DNA of 40,515 nucleotides, filler included, from Planctomycetota bacterium (GTDB lineage Bacteria; Planctomycetota; Planctomycetia; JALXBF01): NCBI GenBank assembly GCA_026991575.1. It is 4 parts of 4 records of this genome, joined end to end, with 100 filler letters (N's around TTAATTAATTAA, not from the genome) between each part and the next. Parts side by side here need not be neighbours in the genome. Positions count along the whole stretch, not along the records: positions 30,492 to 40,515 come from JALXBF010000187.1; 3 more parts are not named here. One strand, 5' to 3'. Shown piece by piece: positions 32,639 to 40,515 of this stretch (position 1 is its first letter; each line of letters starts with the position of its first letter). The notes under the pieces were generated by a model. It saw only the letters and a program-made list of their open reading frames with translations, ran no database searches and was not told where the DNA came from. The position numbers and the translations under genes were made by a program.

Positions 32639-33642
32639 GCGAAGTGTTGGAGCAGACAAGACGTGCCTTTGAGGCTTTCCGAGCCGACTATGAGCGGGTG
32701 CGGAACGAGATTGCGAAAGTGATCGTCGGGCAGGAGGAAGTGATCGATCAGACCCTGACTGCCCTCTTCGCCGGTGGTCATGTGCTGCTGGAGGGCGTAC
32801 CTGGGCTGGGCAAGACGTTGCTCGTCCGCACGCTGGCAGCCGCCCTGCACCTGTCCTTCCGACGGGTCCAGTTCACGCCCGATTTGATGCCGGCTGACCT
32901 GACAGGAACGAACGTCGTGGCCGAGACGCCCGACGGCCGCAAGACGTTCGAGTTCCAGCGTGGGCCGGTATTCGCCAACGTCGTGCTCGCCGACGAAATC
33001 AACCGTGCCACTCCAAAGACGCAGTCTGCCCTGCTGGAAGCCATGCAAGAAAAATCCGTGACGGTGGCCGGCGTCACACACCGGTTGCCGGAACCGTTTT
33101 TCGTGCTGGCCACCCAAAACCCACTCGAGATGGAAGGGACGTATCCGTTGCCAGAGGCACAGCTCGACCGGTTCTTCTTCAAGATTCTCGTACGCTACCC
33201 GACGCTGGAACAGGTCGAAGCAATCCTGGATCGCACGACCGGTGCCGATGAACCGACCGTGGAGCCGGTCCTGGACGGTGAGCGGGTGCTTGAAATGATG
33301 CGTCTGGTTCGCCAGGTCGCCATCGCCGACGACGTACGCCGGTTTGCCGTCGAGCTGACGCTGGCAACCCACCCGGAATCGGAGTTTGCACCGCCTTCGG
33401 CAAAACGGTACGTGCGCTATGGCGCAAGTCCTCGAGCGGCACAGGCACTAGTACTGGCGGGCAAGCTGCGTGCGATTCGAGATCGCCGGTACCACGTTGC
33501 GCGGGAAGACATCGCTGCGGCTGCCCTGCCGGCTTTGCGGCATCGCATCATCCTGAGCTTCGAGGCCCAGGCAGAGAACGTCTCGGCCGATCAGGTCATC
33601 AACGAAATCCTCCAAGAACTGCGTAAACCGGCCCCTGTCTAG
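32635..33642 (+). CDS. moxR: MoxR-family AAA+ ATPase
   Basis: HVLLEGVPGLGKT, RVQFTPDLMPADLTG, LADEINRATPKTQSALLEAMQE, ATQNPLEMEGTYPLPEAQLDRF. Confidence 0.95.
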   Translation: MSEVLEQTRRAFEAFRADYERVRNEIAKVIVGQEEVIDQTLTALFAGGHVLLEGVPGLGKTLLVRTLAAALHLSFRRVQFTPDLMPADLTGTNVVAETPDGRKTFEFQRGPVFANVVLADEINRATPKTQSALLEAMQEKSVTVAGVTHRLPEPFFVLATQNPLEMEGTYPLPEAQLDRFFFKILVRYPTLEQVEAILDRTTGADEPTVEPVLDGERVLEMMRLVRQVAIADDVRRFAVELTLATHPESEFAPPSAKRYVRYGASPRAAQALVLAGKLRAIRDRRYHVAREDIAAAALPALRHRIILSFEAQAENVSADQVINEILQELRKPAPV

Positions 33643-33652
33643 ACGGACCGCC

Positions 33653-34540
33653 ATGCCCGAGCCGAACCTTTTGGACCAGGAGTTCCTACGCAAGCTGGAG
33701 TATCTCTCCCTGGTCTCGCGCCGCGTCTTTCGTGGCCAACTCCTGGCGCAACGGCGCACCCGGCAACTGGGCGCCGGTATTGAATTCGCTGACCACCGCG
33801 AGTACGCCCCGGGCGACGACTACCGCTACCTCGACTGGCACATCTACGCCCGGCATGAAGAGCTGCTGCTGAAGCGGTTCCATGAAGAAGAGGACCTACA
33901 CGTGTACATCCTGCTCGATGTGTCGCGGAGCATGGTCCTGGAAAATGAGCGGAAACTGTGGTTCGCCAAGCAGCTCGCCGCCGCCCTGGCCTACATTGCG
34001 CTGGCCGAGATGGACCGGGTAGCAATCATGGCGTTTGCCGCAGAGCCGGTGGCCGAGTACCCGCTGACACGTGGCAAGGGAAAGGTACTCAGCATGCTCC
34101 GCTTCCTTCAGGAACTGGCACCAGCACGGAGTGCTACCGACCTGCGGCGCGCCTGTGGTGCGTTGGTTCACCGCCGAGCGAAGACAGGAGTCGTCCTCCT
34201 GATCAGCGATTTTTACGATCCGGCAGGGTTCGCTCCGGCGGTGGACTTGCTCCGCTACCACCGCCACGAACCCCACCTGATTCAGGTCTACGAGCGTGCC
34301 GAGGCAGAACCGTCGTTTGTGGGCGACGTTGAGCTGGTGGATTGTGAATCGCGTGCTCGCGACCAGGCGACGATCGATGAAGCGGTCTTGCGCCGCTACC
34401 GCGAGGCATTCCGTCGGTATCAAGAGCAGATGCGCGCTTACTGTCGCGAGCACGGACTTGCGTGCACGCAGACCCCTGCGGACGTACCGTTTGACCGCTT
34501 GCTCCTAGAAATGATGCGCCGCGCCGGAACGGTGGAGTGA
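33653..34540 (+). CDS. DUF58 domain protein
   Basis: GIEFADHREYAPGDDYRYLDW, ILLDVSRSM, LLISDF; follows moxR. Confidence 0.92.
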   Translation: MPEPNLLDQEFLRKLEYLSLVSRRVFRGQLLAQRRTRQLGAGIEFADHREYAPGDDYRYLDWHIYARHEELLLKRFHEEEDLHVYILLDVSRSMVLENERKLWFAKQLAAALAYIALAEMDRVAIMAFAAEPVAEYPLTRGKGKVLSMLRFLQELAPARSATDLRRACGALVHRRAKTGVVLLISDFYDPAGFAPAVDLLRYHRHEPHLIQVYERAEAEPSFVGDVELVDCESRARDQATIDEAVLRRYREAFRRYQEQMRAYCREHGLACTQTPADVPFDRLLLEMMRRAGTVE

Positions 34541-34544
34541 CCCC

Positions 34545-36401
34545 ATGCAGTTCCTCGCGCCGTACGCTTTGGTCGGTTTTCTGCTGGCGCTGCCGATCGT
34601 GGCGTTCTACATCCTCAGGGTACGGCTGCGGCGGCGCGAAGTGGCGACGCTGATGTTCTGGCAGGAGGCGTTCCAGCAAAGGCGGCTGACCGCCTGGTGG
34701 CGCAGGCTACGCCACCTGCTGTCCTTGCTGGTGCAATTGATGCTCCTGTCGCTGCTGGTGCTGGCCGCCGCACGGCCGCTTCTGCCCTGGGAGGACAAGC
34801 AGCGGCGCGACTGGTCGCTGGTGCTGGATAACTCCGCCAGCATGTCAACCCGCACCCGTGGGGACTCAACGCGCCTGGAACGTGCGCGCGAGCAGGCGCG
34901 TAAGTGGCTGAGCAGGCTGCCTGAAGACGACCGTATCGCCATCCTTGTCACCGCGCCGCGTCCCCATGTCGTCTGTTCGTTTACCACACACCGGCCAACC
35001 CTCAGGAAAGCCCTCCGGCGGATTGCACCGACAGCGGCACCTGCGCGGCTACGGCGAGCCATCGCACTGGCCCGATCACTGACCAGCGATCCGCAACGGC
35101 ATCGCGTTGTGCTGTTCTCCGATGGCTGCGCAGTAGACGGCCAGCGGGTGCAGCCGGCAGAAGATCTCTGGATCGAACCGATCGGTTCGGCCGAGGACAA
35201 CGTGGCCATCACTCGATTGGCCCCGCGCCGCAGCTATCTGGATCCCCGACAACTTCAGGTTCTCATCGAAGTGCACAACTACTCGCGCTCCCCTCGGCGC
35301 ATCACCGTGGAACTCGACCTGAACGAGCATCCGATCGACGTGATGCCCATCGAGCTTGCGGCCAATGGTCACTGGCGCACCGTGCAGGAGTACCTCACCG
35401 ACGAAGGCGGTGTGCTAACCGCCCGTATCGACGACGGGGGAGCATTGCCCGCTGATGACAGGGCATGGGCCGTCGTGCCGGCGCTGCGGAAGCTCGAGGT
35501 GCATCTGGTAACGCAAGGCAATCTTTTCCTCGAAAAGGTCTTCGAGGCCATGGCGAACGTGCAGCTCTCTGTGTCCGCCACGCTGCCTCAGCACATCGAT
35601 CGACAGGCAGTCGTGGTGTTCCACCGGCGCGTGCCCGCCCAGTTGCCGGCCAATCCGACGATCGTCATCGACCCGAGCAATGATTGCTCCCTGTGGCGGC
35701 TGGGCGGTGAGGTGCACCAGCCGCTGGTGGCAACCTCTCAGAGCAGCCACCCGCTGATGGCTCATGTGCGGCTCGACCAGGTCCTGATGCCACAGGCTCG
35801 TAGGCTGACGTTCACCCAACCGGCAACCGTTCTGGCCAGCACCATCGAGGGTGAGCCCCTGTACGCGCTCGTGGAACGCACCGGAGGTGACGTTCTCGTG
35901 CTGAGCGCCAACCTGGACGAAAGCGACCTACCGCTGCGCACAGCCTTCCCGATCATGATGGCCAACGCTCTGGCCTGGCTCACGCACCAATCCCCCGACG
36001 GCAACGTTGCCACGCCCACCGGTCGCCTTGCCGAGTTCCCCTGGCCTGACGGCGTAAGCGGACAGTTGGTGGCCGTAAGCCCGACCGGACGGCGGATGCG
36101 GGTAACGCGAATCGCATCGGACCGAGGGGCGTTCGGCCCCGTGGACGAAGTCGGCGTATGGTCCGTCAGACTGGCCAACGAACAGCAGGGGGCCCGCACC
36201 AAGCGGCTGGCCCTGATAGCAGCCGTGCTGGACGAACCACGAGAATCGAATGTGCTTGCCACCTGGACAGACAAACGGTTTGACTCGCCCGGTCCGCCTA
36301 CCCGATTCGGTGGCCGATCGACCTGGTGGTACCTCGCCCTCGCCGCTCTAGCGCTTGGCACGATCGAGTGGTACCTCTACCAGCGCCGCTGGCTTGCGTA
36401 G
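34545..36401 (+). CDS. BatA N-terminal and VWA domain membrane protein
   Basis: MQFLAP..L...LALPIVAFYIL, LAAARP, VLDNSASM MIDAS, FSDG, SDLPLRTAFP, C-terminal TM ending IEWYLYQRR. Confidence 0.9.
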   Translation: MQFLAPYALVGFLLALPIVAFYILRVRLRRREVATLMFWQEAFQQRRLTAWWRRLRHLLSLLVQLMLLSLLVLAAARPLLPWEDKQRRDWSLVLDNSASMSTRTRGDSTRLERAREQARKWLSRLPEDDRIAILVTAPRPHVVCSFTTHRPTLRKALRRIAPTAAPARLRRAIALARSLTSDPQRHRVVLFSDGCAVDGQRVQPAEDLWIEPIGSAEDNVAITRLAPRRSYLDPRQLQVLIEVHNYSRSPRRITVELDLNEHPIDVMPIELAANGHWRTVQEYLTDEGGVLTARIDDGGALPADDRAWAVVPALRKLEVHLVTQGNLFLEKVFEAMANVQLSVSATLPQHIDRQAVVVFHRRVPAQLPANPTIVIDPSNDCSLWRLGGEVHQPLVATSQSSHPLMAHVRLDQVLMPQARRLTFTQPATVLASTIEGEPLYALVERTGGDVLVLSANLDESDLPLRTAFPIMMANALAWLTHQSPDGNVATPTGRLAEFPWPDGVSGQLVAVSPTGRRMRVTRIASDRGAFGPVDEVGVWSVRLANEQQGARTKRLALIAAVLDEPRESNVLATWTDKRFDSPGPPTRFGGRSTWWYLALAALALGTIEWYLYQRRWLA

Positions 36402-37208
36402 GTTGCCTGCCTGCTCGGGCTGGGCCTCCACCAGGCTGTGCACGTGTAGGCACTGCTGTCCCGACGTCGCGAACAGACGTTGGGTCCGCATCGCACCCGG
36501 TGGCGCCCGGGCTACAAGTCCGATGCGCTCAACAAGCAACGCATCGCGCTGGCACAGGAACCAGCCCCGCTGTCGGGCCAACGCGACTATCGAGAAACGC
36601 AGCACCAGTTCCCCATTTCGCGCGTGCTGCCAGGCCACCGTCCGAAAAACATCCACGTCCGTTGATTCGTCCTAGAACGGGGCAATTCACAACGGTGACT
36701 GGCCCGGTTACATCGGGTACGGACCGGATACCGCCCTCTGGCCTGCGCTTGCATGGGGGTAGCGACACCAAAGGTTCTGGATATTGGGCACGACGACGTT
36801 CCACAGGGGTGCTTCCTGACCCACGGCCGGGAGCAGCGGGTGCGTTGGGCGAGCAGAGTGAGCAACCAGCCCAACGACATCGCCAGACAGCCTTTCCTGG
36901 CGGATGATGACGGCAGTTCATCCACCTCTTGCGCAGGCACTGAACGGGGGAGACGGAAGCAATCCGAACAGCATGCTCTCTTCCCCAGGTGGGGCAGCTG
37001 CCTGGTAGCGCCGCCGGCTTCTGGAGAGCGAGGCGCCGCGCGCAGCACAAGACATGTCCCCAGAAGAAACAAATGCAACAGGTACCGTGCCTGCCGCCTC
37101 CACGCAAGTAACGACTAGCACGAACCTTACGGAGAACACCCCTTTTTGGCACGGCGTGTGCGTATAAGGCTTGGCCCGTGGCGATGAGACTCGCTGTGGA
37201 GGATCGTC

Positions 37209-37919
37209 ATGGCCAGAAAATGTCCGCAATTGCTCGTGCCGCCGGTTTTTCCCCGTGGCAGCCTGGACGACGAGTCCGTGTACAGCGAAGAGCTCACTCG
37301 GTTCGGTTTCCCCCGCCAGGCGATGTTCGTCACCTGGTGGCTTCCTGATGCGTTGGCGTCGGAATCGTTGCCGGAGCCCGGCTCCACGAACGGCAGCTCA
37401 GCGTGGGAAACCGACACCGCTCCAGGCCCGTGCGGCGTTCGATCGAACCATAGCCAATCAGCTGGGGCCGCACCTCGAACACCTCCACGACCCCTCTTTA
37501 CCACGGTGATGTGCGCTCTTGATCAATGTCGTGGCTCCTGCGTCCTGGCAAGACCTGGGCTAATGAGAGCCATCACGGACGTCATCCTTCGCAACGACGA
37601 CGTAGACTATTCCGTGTATGACCTTGCCATCCTCCCGAACCACATCCATGTGTTGTTTGCCACGGACACTATTCTTCCTGTCCTCCAGCTGGAAGCATGG
37701 CGACGAGCTACCGCCACGTTCCTCTTCCAGTACACAGGTGGCCGCTTTGCGTCGTGGTCAGCCACGGTCCTGGTTGCGCCCATCGCAAGCGAGGAGGACT
37801 TCATCTGCTACCGCTGCTATCTCGCCCTGCACGGGCCCTTGTTCCGACTGAACCGCAACGAGTACCTGCATTACAGCCGTTTGCTGCCGGAGCCGTACGC
37901 GTACCTGAACCTTGCCTAG
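37209..37919 (+). CDS. Divergent RAYT-like (Y1/HUH, IS200-related) protein
   Basis: FVTWWLPDAL, LDQCRGSCVL, YDLAILPNHIHVLF (HUH), YRCYL helix; GGAGG RBS upstream of ATG. Confidence 0.7.
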   Translation: MARKCPQLLVPPVFPRGSLDDESVYSEELTRFGFPRQAMFVTWWLPDALASESLPEPGSTNGSSAWETDTAPGPCGVRSNHSQSAGAAPRTPPRPLFTTVMCALDQCRGSCVLARPGLMRAITDVILRNDDVDYSVYDLAILPNHIHVLFATDTILPVLQLEAWRRATATFLFQYTGGRFASWSATVLVAPIASEEDFICYRCYLALHGPLFRLNRNEYLHYSRLLPEPYAYLNLA

Positions 37920-37963
37920 CGAGAGCCCGCGATTCGGTCCAGACGCAGCGGAGCCAGCCGCTC

Positions 37964-38146
37964 ATGGCGTCTGTCCCCAACCTGCGGAGGCTCGCCGACT
38001 GCGTCGCGCAAGGCGACCGCCTTCCGGATTCCATCACTGGCGAACGCATCGTCGTGCGCGCACACGCAACGATCAGGGTCGAACACGAGCGGGGCGGCGA
38101 CGTGGAAGAGATCGGATTCCAGATCGCGTTGTCTCTGCGCAGGTAA
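37964..38146 (+). CDS. amphi-Trp domain-like small protein, probably degenerate
   Basis: LRRLADCVAQG...GERIVV..HATIRVEHERGGDVEEIGFQI resembles the amphi-Trp family; the terminal Trp is missing. Confidence 0.5.
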   Translation: MASVPNLRRLADCVAQGDRLPDSITGERIVVRAHATIRVEHERGGDVEEIGFQIALSLRR

Positions 38147-38850
38147 ACCGGTCTCGTACGCACAGCTGCCTCGTCTGCCTGCAGGCAAATACGCCGCACC
38201 CGCCCGGTCGGGGGAGAACTCATGACGTCCGTTCTCGCCCCCTGGCGGATTCACATGCTCCACCGCAATTACTGGCGTCGCCTGATCGAGACGAGCGCAG
38301 GCAAAAACTGGAACTCCGCTAGAGCGGCAGGTCGGATTGTGAGCTTACGTCCCCGCCGGCAATTCCGGTACGTACACCGATCCACGGCCCTTTCCCTCTC
38401 ACCTCCATCCTTCCGATGCGTGTTGGCTTCCGTTGTTCTTCGCTGCCGCGTCTACCGAGCGGGCTCCTTCAGCAACGCTCCCGTCACCTCCCAGCAACGC
38501 CCTGGGCCAGTTCTCGCGCTTCTGCTGGCACCTTCCTCCAACACGTGCTTCCCCAACTACGCCCCCTCCGTGAGCCCATTTCCCCAGTTTCGTGAAGGAT
38601 CTGTCTTCCCAACATCCCTCCGGAGTCTTCGCGATCGAATGCAAGCACGACCATCTCCTTTCGGGGCCAGCCCTGTACCGGCCGGGTTGCCCCGCTCCTC
38701 CTCGCATGCCCTGCGGTCCCATCGCGCCCCAACCACCTTGTCGGCCCCGCAGATGCCATTTCCTTGACGACCGTAGCCCACTTTTGCCTGCCCACTTTGA
38801 TTGGCCCGCGCGACCGACAGCCCGGCCGTTCCAACACCGCCTCTCGGTGC

Positions 38851-40372
38851 ACCCGCCCCTCCTGGTGGTTCGGTTCGTCAGTGCGAGACACCAACAGGCC
38901 TTCGGAGTTCGTCCCCGGCCTCCGGTTTCAATCCCATCGTGGTTCGATTGGTCGGTGCGAGCCTGGCTCCGCTCAGACGACCAGACGCTCTTATCTCCTG
39001 TGTTTCAATCCCATCGTGGTTCGATTGGTCGGTGCGAGAAGGATACACCCGTTTCCGCATGTAAATGTGTTTTCGTTTCAATCCCATCGTGGTTCGATTG
39101 GTCGGTGCGAGAAGGATACACCCGTTTCCGTATGTAAATGTGTTTTCGTTTCAATCCCATCGTGGTTCGATTGGTCGGTGCGAGCGAGAAGATATTTTGA
39201 AATTGTTTTTGGAGTTAAAAGGTTTCACTCCCATCGTGGTTCGATTGGTCGGTGGGAGACTTGATCAGGCCCTTGAGGACGAAAAATGGGGTGAAGTTTC
39301 AATCCCATCGTGGTTCGATTGGTCGGTGCGAGGATGTGCTATGGTAGAGCTTGTAATAACTCTGCTGGGTTTCAATCCCATCGTGGTTCGATTGGTCGGT
39401 GCGAGTTCGGATGCGAAATGGCTGAATCAAGTTTCTGAATCTCGTTTCAATCCCATCGTGGTTCGATTGGTCGGTGCGAGGATTGGCCTTTGTATTCAAA
39501 AGGTTGGGGTATTTGTTTCAATCCCATCGTGGTTCGATTGGTCGGTGCGAGGCCGAGGTACTTTGATCGAACCATTTTGGGCGCTATTAGTTTCAATCCC
39601 ATCGTGGTTCGATTGGTCGGTGCGAGTGAAAGTGGTTAACGTTTATAGGATTGGGTACGAGTGGCCGTTTCAATCCCATCGTGGTTCGATTGGTCGGTGC
39701 GAGGCCCGCCAACTGCTGGAGTTTGGAGTCATTCAAGGATGGTTTCAATCCCATCGTGGTTCGATTGGTCGGTGCGAGACGAAAAATGGCGATGGGTTTC
39801 GATATCGATTTTCGAGTTTCAATCCCATCGTGGTTCGATTGGTCGGTGCGAGGTGGAGAAGCTTCCTAACCAGGAATTTCTTATTTGCCAGTTTCAATCC
39901 CATCGTGGTTCGATTGGTCGGTGCGAGCACTTCTTGCGATGGGTTGATGGTAAGAAAGTGGCAGTTTCAATCCCATCGTGGTTCGATTGGTCGGTGCGAG
40001 GCCACCGGAGTACCCCCGTATGGGGGGAAACGGTGGCCGTTTCAATCCCATCGTGGTTCGATTGGTCGGTGCGAGTTGGGGGGAAAACGAGATTATATCT
40101 GATGAGAAATGGCGGTTTCAATCCCATCGTGGTTCGATTGGTCGGTGCGAGAAAAAAGATCACCAGATGGAGACCCCTATACGGGGGTTTCAATCCCATC
40201 GTGGTTCGATTGGTCGGTGCGAGTTGGAAAACCCTTATCGAGACTATAAACGTTTACAAGTTTCAATCCCATCGTGGTTCGATTGGTCGGTGCGAGGTCT
40301 GAGAAGCCTATGTTAGTTTTCGGTTCTCCCCGAAAGTTTCAATCCCATCGTGGTTCGATTGGTCGGTGCGAG
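38851..40372 (-). CRISPR. CRISPR array 2: 20 intact repeats plus at least one degenerate trailer repeat, 20 spacers
   Basis: Plus-strand repeat GTTTCAATCCCATCGTGGTTCGATTGGTCGGTGCGAG at 38925, 39002, 39075, 39148, 39222, 39296, 39369, 39444, 39515, 39590, 39667, 39742, 39816, 39891, 39964, 40039, 40115, 40187, 40260, 40336; degenerate copy 38851-38887, possibly another at 38778-38814. Confidence 0.98.
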
Positions 40373-40515
40373 GCACCCTGCAGAACACGTTGGCCGGCAT
40401 AGGGTTACGCGCAGTTTTGCCCGGACCTCGCCAAGTCGCCGGTCCAGGAACCGGCCCGCTGCGCGCAGCCACAAGCATCCTCTTGCCAAAGAACGGGTTA
40501 CGGTTGCCCGCACCT
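40373..40515 (-). promoter_or_regulatory. CRISPR leader of array 2 (cut by the window edge)
   Basis: Reverse complement is near-identical to 4785-4927. Confidence 0.85.

Noticed and set aside
36402..37200. Several short overlapping ORFs between the VWA gene and the RAYT-like gene
   Set aside because: No recognisable motif, RBS or consistent coding frame.
40099..40109. CTGATGAGAAA in a spacer, resembling a hammerhead ribozyme core (CUGAUGA...GAAA)
   Set aside because: There is no stem II between the motifs, and the same bases encode the SDEKW motif shared with several other spacers.

Overview
The window is four contigs of about 10 kb (1-10124, 10225-20259, 20360-30391, 30492-40515) joined by artificial N44-TTAATTAATTAA-N44 linkers. 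They are ordered by decreasing length, so adjacency across linkers means nothing. The DNA is GC-rich and most likely from a planctomycete (inferred from the short 5S rRNA, a 23S-5S unit apparently unlinked from 16S, and the gene repertoire). Contig 1: tRNA-Ile, tRNA-Ala, 23S, 5S, an 18-repeat CRISPR array, an IS1634 remnant and a membrane trypsin-like protease. Contig 2: an Rhs polymorphic-toxin locus (two toxin tips, immunity candidates) and an IS701-like transposase. Contig 3: rimO, pgsA, a TonB-dependent receptor/YfiR/hybrid kinase module, tsaE, thiL and an HtrA-like protease. Contig 4: a MoxR-DUF58-BatA/VWA operon, a divergent RAYT-like HUH protein and a second CRISPR array with a near-identical repeat and leader. 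No cas genes are visible. The most striking signal is in the spacers. About 20 of ~37 spacers, pooled from both arrays, translate on the strand complementary to the crRNA into overlapping, mutually homologous peptides that tile a few short blocks of a protein I do not recognise. This implies repeated RNA-directed (type III-like) targeting of a diverse family of small, AT-richer elements, possibly an undescribed small RNA replicon or virus.
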